A DNA stretch of 61,420 nucleotides. Source: Clostridia bacterium (GTDB lineage Bacteria > Bacillota > Clostridia > Oscillospirales > CAG-272). The DNA lies in assembly GCA_017621085.1 (NCBI GenBank), contig JAGATW010000070.1:1-61420 (forward strand), given 5' to 3'. Both the position numbers and the translations under genes were made by a program. The notes under the pieces are model-generated. The model was not told where the DNA came from. It worked only from the letters and a program-made list of their open reading frames with translations, and did not search any database. The first letter of the stretch is position 1. Each line of letters begins with the position of its first letter. This document shows positions 49,637 through 59,687 of the stretch, piece after piece.

Positions 49637-52577
49637 TATTTCGGTAGATCACCCACTATTATTCTTAATACTTATACCGGCTTTAATTTTAGGAATTATT
49701 CCTTTCTTAAGATTGAACAAAAAGCGTAGGGCATCTACAAAGCATTTAATTCCATTTATAATACACTTATCCCTTGTATTCCTTTTGTCAGGCTTGCTCG
49801 GTGGCATTAATGTTACTGAAACAACTGATGAAAAGCTCGAAACAAAGGTGGTATTTGTAGCTGACGTATCTGACAGTAATATTAATATGAAGGATGATAT
49901 GAATGCCTTTATTAAAGAGGTTATTAAGTCATCCGACAGAAACAACACAAAATTTGCTGTTGTTATGTTTGCAAACAATGTAATAAAAACTGTTGATGAC
50001 GACAAATTTGACACAAACACAAACGATTATTTGAAGTTTGATGCAAATGGTATGAAAACCGATCAAACTAATATTGAACAGGCTTTAACCATTGCAGCAG
50101 AGCTTTTTGAGCAAAAGGATGACCCGTTTGCTAAGGGTCAAAACAAGAAGATAATTGTTTTATCTGATGGTCTTGAAACCTTGGGCGACAGTATTGCAAA
50201 AGCCAACAAGCTAAGCGATGATATTCAAATAAGTGGCTCATACTTCAACATGGTAGCTGAGGGCACATCCAATAAAGAGGTACAGCTCGTCTCCATTAAT
50301 ACAAACGGTAAGGTTGCCGAGGGTAAGGATGTAACTGTTGAGGTTGTTGTTAAGGCTACAAGATTTGTTCGTAATGCAGAAATTACAATTTATGACGGTG
50401 ACATTGAAAAGACGCACCGTACTGACCTACAGCCCGGAACAAATGTGTTTAAGCTCACATATACTCCGGAGGTAGCAGGTGTTAACACTATTCGCGCAAC
50501 TGTTAAGGTTGACTCAAGAAGTGATATGTTAGAGGGTAATAATACTCTTTATGCATGGTATTCTCTTGACGCACAAAAGACAGTTTTGATAGTTGATGGT
50601 GATTATAGCACAGGCAAGAGTCAGTTTAACCAAATTAAGAACAGTACAGTTCTTAATAACCTAAGCGAGTATGAAATTAAGGGTCCTGTTTCCCCAAGAG
50701 CCTTCCCAAATACACTTGAAGGACTTTTGAAATATGACCAAATTGTACTAATGGATGTAAACTTTGACGACCTTCCATCAAATGCAGGCGCTAACCTGAA
50801 GCGTTATGTTGAGGAGGTTGGTAGAGGCTTATTCGTATCCTTCGGTGATAACTTCTATGATATTAACGAGGGTACATATTATGAATCTCCTATTGCTGAA
50901 ATTCTTCCCGTTGAGCTAAAGCTCCAGGAGGAAAGAGAAACAGTTGCCATGGTTATGGTAGTTGACCTTTCGTCCTCAATGAAGAAGATAATGAGCGGTA
51001 GTAGCAAATCAAGATTTGAGGTAGTTGTAGAAAGCGTTAAAAAGGTATTAATGCTTGGTGCAACTAAAGAGGAACAGGAAAAGGGCGAAGGATTTTCCGA
51101 TACTGACTATGTTGGTATAGTGTGCTTCGACCAGGACTCTCACGTAGCTCTTGAAATGCAACAGCTTGGTGATGCGAAGAACAGAGAAGAGATTTGTGAG
51201 GTTGTTGAATACGAATTAAGACACTATTACTATTCCTACTATCTTGATAAGAATGGTAAGGAGTCTGACATTCCAATCCACAAGGATGATGGCGATAAGT
51301 ATATAACACAGGGCTATACAAGACCTAATGATTATAGCAGAGGCGGTACTGACGACAGTACAGGTATATACATTAAGAGCTATGGTACATCCTATAAGTG
51401 GGCTATTCAGTCAGCCAGCGATATGCTTTCCAAGAAAAATAATGAGGTAACACTTCACATAAAGCAGGTTCTTATGATGTCTGACGGTGCGCCTAATGAT
51501 ATTGGCTCAGGCTATGAGGGCATTGTTGAGCGTATGGCAAAGGCGGGAACCATTACATCTGCAATTTCAATCGGTAATGATGATACATCACAAGCAGCCG
51601 AGCTTACCAAGATTGCTGAGGCAGGTAAGGGTACAATTTATGTTGCTCACAACGCAAACGATTTGACAAATGAAATCGTTGAAAAGGCAGAGGACATAAC
51701 AACAGAGCTTGTTAATGAAAAGCCTGTATTACCTTATCAGCTTTCCTTAAGCTCAAGTGTACTTAAGGGTGTTCGTGATTATGAAATTATCGGTGGTTAT
51801 TACAGCTCTGTAATTAAGGAAGAGGCTGAGCTTGTTCTTTACGTTGACAGAATGAAGCCACTGTATGCTGAATGGACCTATGGTCTTGGAAAGGTAAGCG
51901 TTTATATGTCTGACCTTGGTAATGAGGATTGGACAGGTGTACTCTTTAGAGATAACAATGGTATCACTCTTGTTTCCAATATGTTTGATGCTACTATGAA
52001 TCGTCAGGTTGACTCAACCGGACTTGATTACACAGCATCACGTGATGAGCTTGAAACAACAGTTACAGTTAACACCTACGAAAACGTTCGTGAGGGTGAG
52101 CATTTAATAGCCCAGGTATATAACAGTAGTGGCAAGCTTGAAACAACAGTTACCTTTGGTAAGATTGCTGAAAAGAAGTACAGAGGAATAATTCCTACAA
52201 ACAAGGTTGATGAAACCTATACAATTCAGCTAATGATTATTGATGATGCCACAAGCAAAATCAATGATACAACTACATTTGCTGTAACAGGCTATTATAA
52301 CTCTGAATATGATGTATTCAGTGATGCAGGTAAGAATAATCTTACAGCTATTACAAACAATGGCGGTGGAGAAATTCTTACAGATACTAAGGGCTTGTTT
52401 GAGGAGCTCGAGGGTCAAATTCGTATTCTTGAATACGATGTAAGCACACCTGTTGCTATTTTAGCACTCATTTTGTTCATCGCTGATATCTTGTTTAGAA
52501 ACATAGTTATTAAGCGCAAGAAGGAAAAGATAGAAATGACTGCTGAGGAGCAAGCAGCATCAATGAAGGGCAGATAA
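49623..52577 (+). CDS. Membrane protein with two vWA domains and a GATase1-like domain
   Basis: MIDAS DVSDS..LSDG and DLSSS..MSDG; YDQIVLMDV..YVEEVGRGL; WTYGLGKV; terminal TM helices; GTG start overlapping the upstream gene. Confidence 0.82.
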   Translation: MTNIDISVDHPLLFLILIPALILGIIPFLRLNKKRRASTKHLIPFIIHLSLVFLLSGLLGGINVTETTDEKLETKVVFVADVSDSNINMKDDMNAFIKEVIKSSDRNNTKFAVVMFANNVIKTVDDDKFDTNTNDYLKFDANGMKTDQTNIEQALTIAAELFEQKDDPFAKGQNKKIIVLSDGLETLGDSIAKANKLSDDIQISGSYFNMVAEGTSNKEVQLVSINTNGKVAEGKDVTVEVVVKATRFVRNAEITIYDGDIEKTHRTDLQPGTNVFKLTYTPEVAGVNTIRATVKVDSRSDMLEGNNTLYAWYSLDAQKTVLIVDGDYSTGKSQFNQIKNSTVLNNLSEYEIKGPVSPRAFPNTLEGLLKYDQIVLMDVNFDDLPSNAGANLKRYVEEVGRGLFVSFGDNFYDINEGTYYESPIAEILPVELKLQEERETVAMVMVVDLSSSMKKIMSGSSKSRFEVVVESVKKVLMLGATKEEQEKGEGFSDTDYVGIVCFDQDSHVALEMQQLGDAKNREEICEVVEYELRHYYYSYYLDKNGKESDIPIHKDDGDKYITQGYTRPNDYSRGGTDDSTGIYIKSYGTSYKWAIQSASDMLSKKNNEVTLHIKQVLMMSDGAPNDIGSGYEGIVERMAKAGTITSAISIGNDDTSQAAELTKIAEAGKGTIYVAHNANDLTNEIVEKAEDITTELVNEKPVLPYQLSLSSSVLKGVRDYEIIGGYYSSVIKEEAELVLYVDRMKPLYAEWTYGLGKVSVYMSDLGNEDWTGVLFRDNNGITLVSNMFDATMNRQVDSTGLDYTASRDELETTVTVNTYENVREGEHLIAQVYNSSGKLETTVTFGKIAEKKYRGIIPTNKVDETYTIQLMIIDDATSKINDTTTFAVTGYYNSEYDVFSDAGKNNLTAITNNGGGEILTDTKGLFEELEGQIRILEYDVSTPVAILALILFIADILFRNIVIKRKKEKIEMTAEEQAASMKGR

Positions 52578-52600
52578 TTTGTAATTCTTTCATAAACATA

Positions 52601-52704
52601 AAAACCACTCTGCACAGAAATGCACAGAGTGGTTTTGTTATAATTGTAAAAAGCAAAAGGTTCTTGCAAGCTAATAAAGCTCCCTTTATACAAGGGAGCT
52701 TTAT
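52601..52704. terminator. Two terminator hairpins between convergent genes
   Basis: AAAACCACTCTG/CAGAGTGGTTTT (52601-52636) and AATAAAGCTCCCTT/AAGGGAGCTTTATT (52673-52704). Confidence 0.75.
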
Positions 52705-52727
52705 TGACATTTAATGCGGCAAGGAAT

Positions 52728-53267
52728 TTATAATAAATCCTTATCGTAAATTGCTCTTTCTCCACCTATAAACTTAGGACGAGTTCTTGCACAGGTAAAT
52801 AGAGCATTACCTATTTTGTTAGTAGAAAGACGAACAGGTACAGCAACCTTTTTTAAGTGCATACCAATTAAGGTAAGACCAATATCAATACCGCAATCAG
52901 CCTTAATTTCCTCAATAACAACAGGATTTTTAAAGCTATTATATGCAACGGTTGCAAGTGAGCCACCTGCCTTTTTTTGTGGCACAACATTAACTCTTTC
53001 ACTAAAAGGAACACACTCCTTTTCTGTTACAATGGCTCTGTTTAAATGCTCACAGCATTGTACAGCCAAGTAAATTCCACGAGGAGCTAAAACTGACATA
53101 ATACCCTCGTAAATTTCAAGTGCAGTGTCCGGGTCAGAGTTAGTGCCGATTTTTGAGCCTACAACCTCACTTGTAGAGCAACCAACAACAAGTATATCAC
53201 CCTTTGTAAGCTCCGCTACATCGCAAAGTTCAGTAATTACACTTATACATTCATTTTTAATAGACAT
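52728..53267 (-). CDS. UPF0340 / TIGR01440-family (YwlG-like) protein
   Basis: VGCSTSEV, QCCEHLNRA, GIDIGLTLIGMHLK, TRPKFIGGERA. Confidence 0.9.
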   Translation of the reverse strand: MSIKNECISVITELCDVAELTKGDILVVGCSTSEVVGSKIGTNSDPDTALEIYEGIMSVLAPRGIYLAVQCCEHLNRAIVTEKECVPFSERVNVVPQKKAGGSLATVAYNSFKNPVVIEEIKADCGIDIGLTLIGMHLKKVAVPVRLSTNKIGNALFTCARTRPKFIGGERAIYDKDLL

Positions 53268-53408
53268 AAAAAACACTCCAAATCTAAAATTCTTTAATAA
53301 TTTTAACATTATATTGTAAAAAAGTCAACTATTTTGTGACAGTTCAAGATTTGTTCATAAATATAGTATATAATATATGTGGTAAATAATTAAAAGTGAG
53401 GATATATT

Positions 53409-55061
53409 ATGGCAAAAGTTCTTAACAAAGCAAGCAAGCAAATAGGCGTAACAGGTCCTGTTCTTACAATTGTAATGGACGGAGTAGGACTTGCTCCCGC
53501 AACTGAGGCAAACGCAGTTAGTCTTGCATATACACCAACACTTGATATGTTAATGTCAAAGTATCCAACAGTTAAGCTCAAGGCTCACGGTACAGCAGTT
53601 GGCTTACCGGGGGATGACGATATGGGTAACTCTGAGGTTGGACACAATGCTCTTGGCTCAGGTCAGGTTTTTGCACAGGGTGCAAAGCTTGTTTCACAGT
53701 CAATTGAAAATGGTAAGATGTTCTCATCTTCCACATGGCAAAAGGTAGTTTCCAATGTAAAGGCAAACAACTCTACATTACACTTTATGGGTCTTTTCTC
53801 TGACGGTAATGTTCACTCTCATATTAATCACCTAAAGTCTATGATTGACCAAGCTAAAAAGGAAGGCGTTTCCAAGGTAAGACTTCATATTTTAATTGAC
53901 GGTCGTGACGTTGGCGAAACAAGCGCGCTTGATTATATTCTTCCATTTGAGGAATATCTAAATGGCTTGAGAGATAATAGCTTCGATATTAAGATTGCAT
54001 CCGGTGGTGGACGTATGGTTATCACTATGGATAGATATGAGGCTAACTGGAAAATGGTTGAGCTCGGCTGGAAAACTCACGTTTTGGGCGAGGGCAGACA
54101 GTTTAATTCTGCAGCTGAGGCAGTTGAAGCATATAGAAACGAGCTTAAGGTTATCGACCAAGACCTCCCACCATTCGTAATTGCTGAAAATGGTGTTGCA
54201 GTTGGTACAATTAACGACGGAGACAGTGTAGTATTCTATAACTTCAGAGGCGACAGAGCAATTGAAATTTCTAAGGCATTTGATGATAAGAAATTTACAA
54301 AGTTTGATAGAGTTCGCTATCCAAACGTAGTATATGCAGGTATGCTTGAGTATGATGGCGACCTTCATATTCCATCTAACTATCTTGTAAATCCACCGGA
54401 AATTACAAACACAATGGGCGAATACCTTGCAAGCACAGGCATTTCTCAGCTTGCAATTTCTGAAACACAAAAGTATGGTCACGTAACCTACTTCTGGAAT
54501 GGTAACAAGAGTGGTAAGTTTGATGATAATCTTGAAACTTATATTGAAATTCCATCCGACGTTGTTCCGTTTGAGCAAAGACCTTGGATGAAATGCGCTG
54601 AAATTACAGATAAGCTGATTGAGTGTCTTGAAAGTGGCAAGTATGCTTGCTTAAGAGTTAACTTCCCTAATGGCGATATGGTAGGTCATACCGGTAACAT
54701 TTTGGCTACAAGATGCTCTATGGAAGCTCTTGACCTTCAGTTAAAGAGACTTTTAGAGGTTGTTGACAAGCTTCACGGTGTTGCGCTTATTACAGCCGAC
54801 CACGGTAATGCTGATGAAATGTATGAGTGTGACAAAAAGGGTATGCCAAAGGCAGGCAAGGATGGTAGCTTTAAGGCTAAGACAAGCCATACACTAAATC
54901 CTGTTCCATTCATCATTTATGATAACTATTATAGCGATAAGTATGAAATTAAGGCTGACAATGGTCAGTTTGGTCTTTCTAATGTTGCTGCAACAGCAGT
55001 TAACTTCTTAGGCTATGAAGCTCCTTGCATGTGGGATGAAAGCGTAATTACCTTAAAATAA
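53409..55061 (+). CDS. gpmI: 2,3-bisphosphoglycerate-independent phosphoglycerate mutase
   Basis: MGNSEVGH, DGNVHSH, NFRGDR, ETQKYGHVTYF, DMVGHTG, TADHGNA. Confidence 0.96.
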   Translation: MAKVLNKASKQIGVTGPVLTIVMDGVGLAPATEANAVSLAYTPTLDMLMSKYPTVKLKAHGTAVGLPGDDDMGNSEVGHNALGSGQVFAQGAKLVSQSIENGKMFSSSTWQKVVSNVKANNSTLHFMGLFSDGNVHSHINHLKSMIDQAKKEGVSKVRLHILIDGRDVGETSALDYILPFEEYLNGLRDNSFDIKIASGGGRMVITMDRYEANWKMVELGWKTHVLGEGRQFNSAAEAVEAYRNELKVIDQDLPPFVIAENGVAVGTINDGDSVVFYNFRGDRAIEISKAFDDKKFTKFDRVRYPNVVYAGMLEYDGDLHIPSNYLVNPPEITNTMGEYLASTGISQLAISETQKYGHVTYFWNGNKSGKFDDNLETYIEIPSDVVPFEQRPWMKCAEITDKLIECLESGKYACLRVNFPNGDMVGHTGNILATRCSMEALDLQLKRLLEVVDKLHGVALITADHGNADEMYECDKKGMPKAGKDGSFKAKTSHTLNPVPFIIYDNYYSDKYEIKADNGQFGLSNVAATAVNFLGYEAPCMWDESVITLK

Positions 55062-55069
55062 TATAAATT

Positions 55070-55095
55070 AAAAGCCCTGAATTACAGGGCTTTTT
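55070..55095 (+). terminator. Terminator after gpmI
   Basis: AAAAGCCCTG-AATTA-CAGGGCTTTT. Confidence 0.75.
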
Positions 55096-55141
55096 CAATA
55101 AATAAGGCTTAGTGGATTTTTAATCTGCAAATAGGAGAATT

Positions 55142-55753
55142 ATGATAATATATCAAGATAAGGACATAGTTGTTTGCGAAAAGCCATATGGTGTATCATC
55201 CCAAAAAAGCGATAGGGAAAATATGGTTGATATTTTAACTGAATTAACAGGTGAAAAAATATTTCCTGTACATAGACTGGACATTCAAACAACAGGTCTT
55301 ATGGTTTATGCAAAAAATGAAAAAAGTGCCGGCATACTATCAAATCAAATTGCAAATCACCAATTTGAAAAAGAGTACCTTTGCCTATGTCACGGTAGTC
55401 TTGAGGAGCAGGGCGAAATGGTAGATTTTTTGTATCACGACAGAATAAAAAACAAATCCTTTGTTGTAAAAAGCAAAAGAAATGGAGCAAAGGAGGCAAG
55501 GCTCAAATATAAGACAATTTTAAAAAAACAGGCGGGGGAGTGTGAATTGTTTTTAGTTCACGTTAAGCTTTTTACAGGCAGAACTCACCAAATAAGAGTC
55601 CAATTTGCCTCTCGTGGCTGTCCGCTTTACGGGGATGGCAAATATGGTGCTTGCGATAACGATAAAATTCATTTGCATAGCACACACATAGGCTTTTTAC
55701 ATCCAAGAACTAATCAACCAATGGAATTTAATTCTTTGCCAAGCTGGTATTAA
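55142..55753 (+). CDS. RluA-family RNA pseudouridine synthase
   Basis: KPYG, VHRLD, TGRTHQIRVQ, PLYGDGKYG, LHS. Confidence 0.92.
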   Translation: MIIYQDKDIVVCEKPYGVSSQKSDRENMVDILTELTGEKIFPVHRLDIQTTGLMVYAKNEKSAGILSNQIANHQFEKEYLCLCHGSLEEQGEMVDFLYHDRIKNKSFVVKSKRNGAKEARLKYKTILKKQAGECELFLVHVKLFTGRTHQIRVQFASRGCPLYGDGKYGACDNDKIHLHSTHIGFLHPRTNQPMEFNSLPSWY

Positions 55754-55819
55754 TCCATCTTGGAACAAAAAGCTTTCTTACTCATATTATGTAGTAATGC
55801 TATTTGTGAAGGAGAAGCT

Positions 55820-56377
55820 ATGATTCAAGAAAAGGAATATTTACGTGACAGGGCGGTTACATACGCAAGAAAGTATGCCCTTGTAAGAAACCCCTTGTTT
55901 TTTACCTTTGAGGGAATAGGCGGGAATTGCACAAACTTTGTGTCACAATGCGTTTTGGCAGGCTCTTGTGTTATGAATTTTACACCGACTTATGGGTGGT
56001 TTTACCTTTCCTCAAACAGACGAGCCGCAGCCTGGACAGGGGTGGAATTTTTCTACAATTTCATGACTACAAACACAGATGTTGGTCCCTTTGGCAGGGT
56101 TGTGGACATAAGCGAGGCAATGGTAGGAGACATAATTCAACTCCAAAACGAAAAGGACGTTTTTTATCACACCCTCATAATAACTCAAATTACGGAAAGC
56201 GAAATATTTATCTGTGCAAATTCAGTTGATTCCTTGGACAGACCCCTGTCCTCATACACCTATAAATCCTTAAGAGTTATCCATATTGACGGTGTAAGAT
56301 ACGATACAAGGTTCATAATTGATTGCTTTGATAGCCTTTTAAATCCACCGGTGCAAGGAAATGAAGCACAGGGCTAA
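55820..56377 (+). CDS. Putative amidase-domain protein (Amidase_6-like)
   Basis: RDRAVTYARKYA, GGNCTNFVSQC, GDIIQL..YHT; start after AAGGAG. Confidence 0.75.
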   Translation: MIQEKEYLRDRAVTYARKYALVRNPLFFTFEGIGGNCTNFVSQCVLAGSCVMNFTPTYGWFYLSSNRRAAAWTGVEFFYNFMTTNTDVGPFGRVVDISEAMVGDIIQLQNEKDVFYHTLIITQITESEIFICANSVDSLDRPLSSYTYKSLRVIHIDGVRYDTRFIIDCFDSLLNPPVQGNEAQG

Positions 56378-56460
56378 GAAACAAAACAAAAAGTTTTAAT
56401 CAAAACGCACATAAAATTAATTTAAAATAAAACTTATTTGTTAAAATAGTATAAAATCAC

Positions 56461-56489
56461 TTGACAAAAATAGGTTTTTATTGTAATAT
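56461..56489 (+). promoter_or_regulatory. sigma-A promoter
   Basis: TTGACA-17-TAATAT. Confidence 0.5.
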
Positions 56490-56556
56490 ATACTTGTGTA
56501 TGAATCTAAACTTTTAATAGATTTGTGTGCTTAAAACTTTTTTCGGAGGAAAAGAA

Positions 56557-59316
56557 ATGAAGAAAAAATGGTTAGCACTATTATTAGCAATTGTAATGCT
56601 TATGGTAGTAGCAGTAATTACATCATGCTCTTGTGGTGATGAACGTACAGACCCACCGGGTCCTACAAGTAGCTCACAGGAGGGTGGCGATAGTACAGAC
56701 TCAAGTACTAACAAGCCGGATGGACCTGATAATCCTGATAAGCCCGGTGATAATGACGATCCTGTTAATCCGGGTGAAACAGTTGAAGAGGTTAAGCCTG
56801 TAATTCAATATGTAAGAATTGCTGATATTGGCGCTGAAACAGTTACAATAAAGTTCAATGCTAAGGGCAAAAACCTTACATACGAAATCAGATACAGCTC
56901 ATCTCCTATTACTGAGGAAAACTTTGGTGATGCTACTCTTGTAAGCGGAGTTAATGTAACAGGCTCAGGTGAGGTTAAGACAGCAGTTCTTAACTTAAAG
57001 GCTGACAAGAATACTAAAAATTACATTGCGGTACAGGCAACAAGTGGTAAGGTTAAGAGCGTGGTTGAATCTGTTCGTGCCGGCGGTCTTGACTTAGTAT
57101 ATGTTGACCCGAATAGAATTACATCCGTTTACTGTGGTGAGGTTATTAAGGACTTAACACCATTGTTCGACGAGTTTGAGGGTATTGTTGACCCAATGGG
57201 CGCAATGAATGGTGTGGAAGGTGCTGAGGCTGGTACTCTTCCAACAAACAGACTTAACCAGTTCTATTACAAAAAGGGCGACTGGCTACCCGGTATGCTT
57301 GACCCATACAATGAAACTCACGAAAGATATGGTACAGACCTTGCACCAATCATCGACCTTGAGTATGAGCATTACATTGAGGCAATCATGGTATTCTATA
57401 GCCATGAAGCATATGATTTGGATGTTCGTTCCTCAAAGGCATTTGCAAACTTTGATACTCCATCCGACTGGGATGCAACAAATGTATCTTACCCTGCTTC
57501 AAGCTTTGAAGCGAATGCTTGGAACTTAATTCCTATCGGCAAGGAAGTAAGATTTATTCAGCTTCAGTTCCTTGATGGTGAAGCTCCTGTTGAGGTAATC
57601 TTCTACGGCTATCAGACAGGTGAAACCGAGGGTGACGAGCTTGGTGAAACAAGTCATAAGCTTCCAACAGTTGGTGAGCTTATGGGTGTTTGTGGTCTTT
57701 TAGGTTGGGGTTCCGTTTGTGGCTATGAGGACCTTAAGTGTGCAACAGTTCTTCGTGAATATCACAACTTCGGTTGGTCATATAACTGGTCATCCTTCCC
57801 AAAGAAGGCAACAAATCTTATTAAAACAAACGTTGGTAACTTTGACTCATTCTATAAGGATCACAGTCCTTATAACCTAATCGTTCCTTGCTTGCAATGG
57901 AGTGATGGAGATAACCCTGCAAGAACATATAATGCATTAACAGGTAAGCTTAATGCAGAGGTTGCAAGCTTTACAGAAAAGTATTTACCAACTACATATA
58001 TTGCATATGCTGACTCCGTTTACCAGTTTGCTGCTCGTTATGGTAGCAGTAAGATGGGCTACTTATATGATAATGTAAGAGAGCACTCTGACGGTGGCGA
58101 CAAGATTGGTCTTAACTACATTAAGTGGATTGAGCTTGGTAACGAGCCTAATGGTGAGGACCAAAGAGGTACAACACCATATCAATTAGCTGCCCTTACA
58201 TCATGTGCATATGACGGTCATATGAGAACTGTATTAAGCGACGTTTACAACCCGGACGATTATACATACTTCCTCGGTGGTAAAAACGCAGACCCGGATA
58301 TCAAGCTTGCTATGGCAGGTCTTGCCGGTATTGGTAACACTTACATTACATCTATGTGCTACTGGATGAGAGCAAACAGAGAAGATATTCATGGCACATG
58401 GACATCTAAGAATGATGCAATCGCTATGGACGCATTTAACGTTCATACATACTTCGGCGAGCTCTACAACTTGAACGGTCAGCAGGTTTATGTTGGTACA
58501 TCACCTGAGGAATATGGTCTTGTTGATGCTATGTCCCGTCTTATTGAGTTTAGAAACAAGTATTACCCGGATGTTGAGGTTTGGTTAACAGAGTTTGGTT
58601 GGGATACAAACGAATCCTACGAAACAATGACATCCTCTCACGCATATGGCGACTACACATCAAGACAGGTTCAAGGTATGTGGTTAACTCGTGCATACTT
58701 GCTCCTTTCCTCCTGTGGAGTTGATAAGGCAACTATGTACATGTTAGCAGACTTCTCAGGCGCAAATGACAGAACAGCTATCGGTAAGTACGGTACCTGT
58801 GGTGTTATTGCATATAGCTTTACTGAGGATAATGAGCAAATTTTCCTTGACTCGGGTGGAAATGAATGCGTTAAGAGAAAGTACATTGACAAGGACGGTA
58901 ACGAGAAAGAAGGCTACTTCTATCTTGATAACGGTCAGCCAATGGCAGGAAGCCCTTCTGCAGAAAAGCTTGAATACAAGCCCGGCTACTACTACATGCG
59001 TACACTTCTTAACACACTTTATGACTACACATTTAGAAGAGAGCTAAAGTCCGGTAATGACGATGTTTGGGTATATCAATATTCAAATCCTGATCATGAC
59101 GAGGCTTACGCACTCTGGTGCCCAACCTCTAATATGACAAAGGTTGATGGCTACAAGCTTTATGTAGGTACAGAATACGAAAGCGTAACTCTTGTAGAGT
59201 CCGATGCCGAAAACGCAAATCCTGAAGGCAGAAAAACAGAGCTTACAGTTGATGCAAACGGCTATGTTTCAGTAAACGTATCTGAAAATCCTGTTTACGT
59301 TGTAGTTAACAAGTAA
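56557..59316 (+). CDS. Lipoprotein with Pro/Asp linker, beta-sandwich modules and clan GH-A glycoside hydrolase domain
   Basis: Lipobox VITS-C; IELGNEPN (acid/base), AFNVHTY, VWLTEFGWD (nucleophile); C-terminal VNVSENPVYV. Confidence 0.7.
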   Translation: MKKKWLALLLAIVMLMVVAVITSCSCGDERTDPPGPTSSSQEGGDSTDSSTNKPDGPDNPDKPGDNDDPVNPGETVEEVKPVIQYVRIADIGAETVTIKFNAKGKNLTYEIRYSSSPITEENFGDATLVSGVNVTGSGEVKTAVLNLKADKNTKNYIAVQATSGKVKSVVESVRAGGLDLVYVDPNRITSVYCGEVIKDLTPLFDEFEGIVDPMGAMNGVEGAEAGTLPTNRLNQFYYKKGDWLPGMLDPYNETHERYGTDLAPIIDLEYEHYIEAIMVFYSHEAYDLDVRSSKAFANFDTPSDWDATNVSYPASSFEANAWNLIPIGKEVRFIQLQFLDGEAPVEVIFYGYQTGETEGDELGETSHKLPTVGELMGVCGLLGWGSVCGYEDLKCATVLREYHNFGWSYNWSSFPKKATNLIKTNVGNFDSFYKDHSPYNLIVPCLQWSDGDNPARTYNALTGKLNAEVASFTEKYLPTTYIAYADSVYQFAARYGSSKMGYLYDNVREHSDGGDKIGLNYIKWIELGNEPNGEDQRGTTPYQLAALTSCAYDGHMRTVLSDVYNPDDYTYFLGGKNADPDIKLAMAGLAGIGNTYITSMCYWMRANREDIHGTWTSKNDAIAMDAFNVHTYFGELYNLNGQQVYVGTSPEEYGLVDAMSRLIEFRNKYYPDVEVWLTEFGWDTNESYETMTSSHAYGDYTSRQVQGMWLTRAYLLLSSCGVDKATMYMLADFSGANDRTAIGKYGTCGVIAYSFTEDNEQIFLDSGGNECVKRKYIDKDGNEKEGYFYLDNGQPMAGSPSAEKLEYKPGYYYMRTLLNTLYDYTFRRELKSGNDDVWVYQYSNPDHDEAYALWCPTSNMTKVDGYKLYVGTEYESVTLVESDAENANPEGRKTELTVDANGYVSVNVSENPVYVVVNK

Positions 59317-59332
59317 TTTAATAGCTAATAAG

Positions 59333-59358
59333 AACCGCCAAGCATTTGGCGGTTTTTG
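59333..59358 (+). terminator. Terminator
   Basis: AACCGCCAA-GCAT-TTGGCGGTT followed by T-run. Confidence 0.75.
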
Positions 59359-59523
59359 TTCGCTTAAAATGAAAAAAGTCTTACATATAATTATATAATG
59401 AAGAAAAAAACCGGCACATCTATGCAGATTTTAGGCAATGATGTGCTTTTTTTATGAAAAAATGTTGGTTTTAAGGTTATGATTTTTAACGAAAAGCCTT
59501 GAAAATAAAGGGATTTCAATGCT

Positions 59524-59550
59524 TTAGCACTCGAAAAGCTAAATTGCTAA
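59524..59550 (+). promoter_or_regulatory. Degenerate upstream CIRCE element
   Basis: TTAGCACTC-N9-AATTGCTAA. Confidence 0.7.
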
Positions 59551-59578
59551 AAAAGTTGAAGAATTTTTAAAAAAGGTA

Positions 59579-59607
59579 TTGACAAAAAGAATAATTGGTG
59601 ATAATAT
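59579..59607 (+). promoter_or_regulatory. sigma-A promoter of the hrcA operon
   Basis: TTGACA-17-TAATAT with TGn extension, lying between the two CIRCE sites. Confidence 0.65.
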
Positions 59608-59618
59608 ATCTATAGAAA

Positions 59619-59645
59619 TTAGCACTTGAACAAAAAGAGTGCTAA
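59619..59645 (+). promoter_or_regulatory. CIRCE element (HrcA operator)
   Basis: TTAGCACTT-N9-GAGTGCTAA, one mismatch to consensus. Confidence 0.92.
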
Positions 59646-59687
59646 GTTCTGACAGAAGCGAATAAACTGTAAAGGGAGGGCATACAA

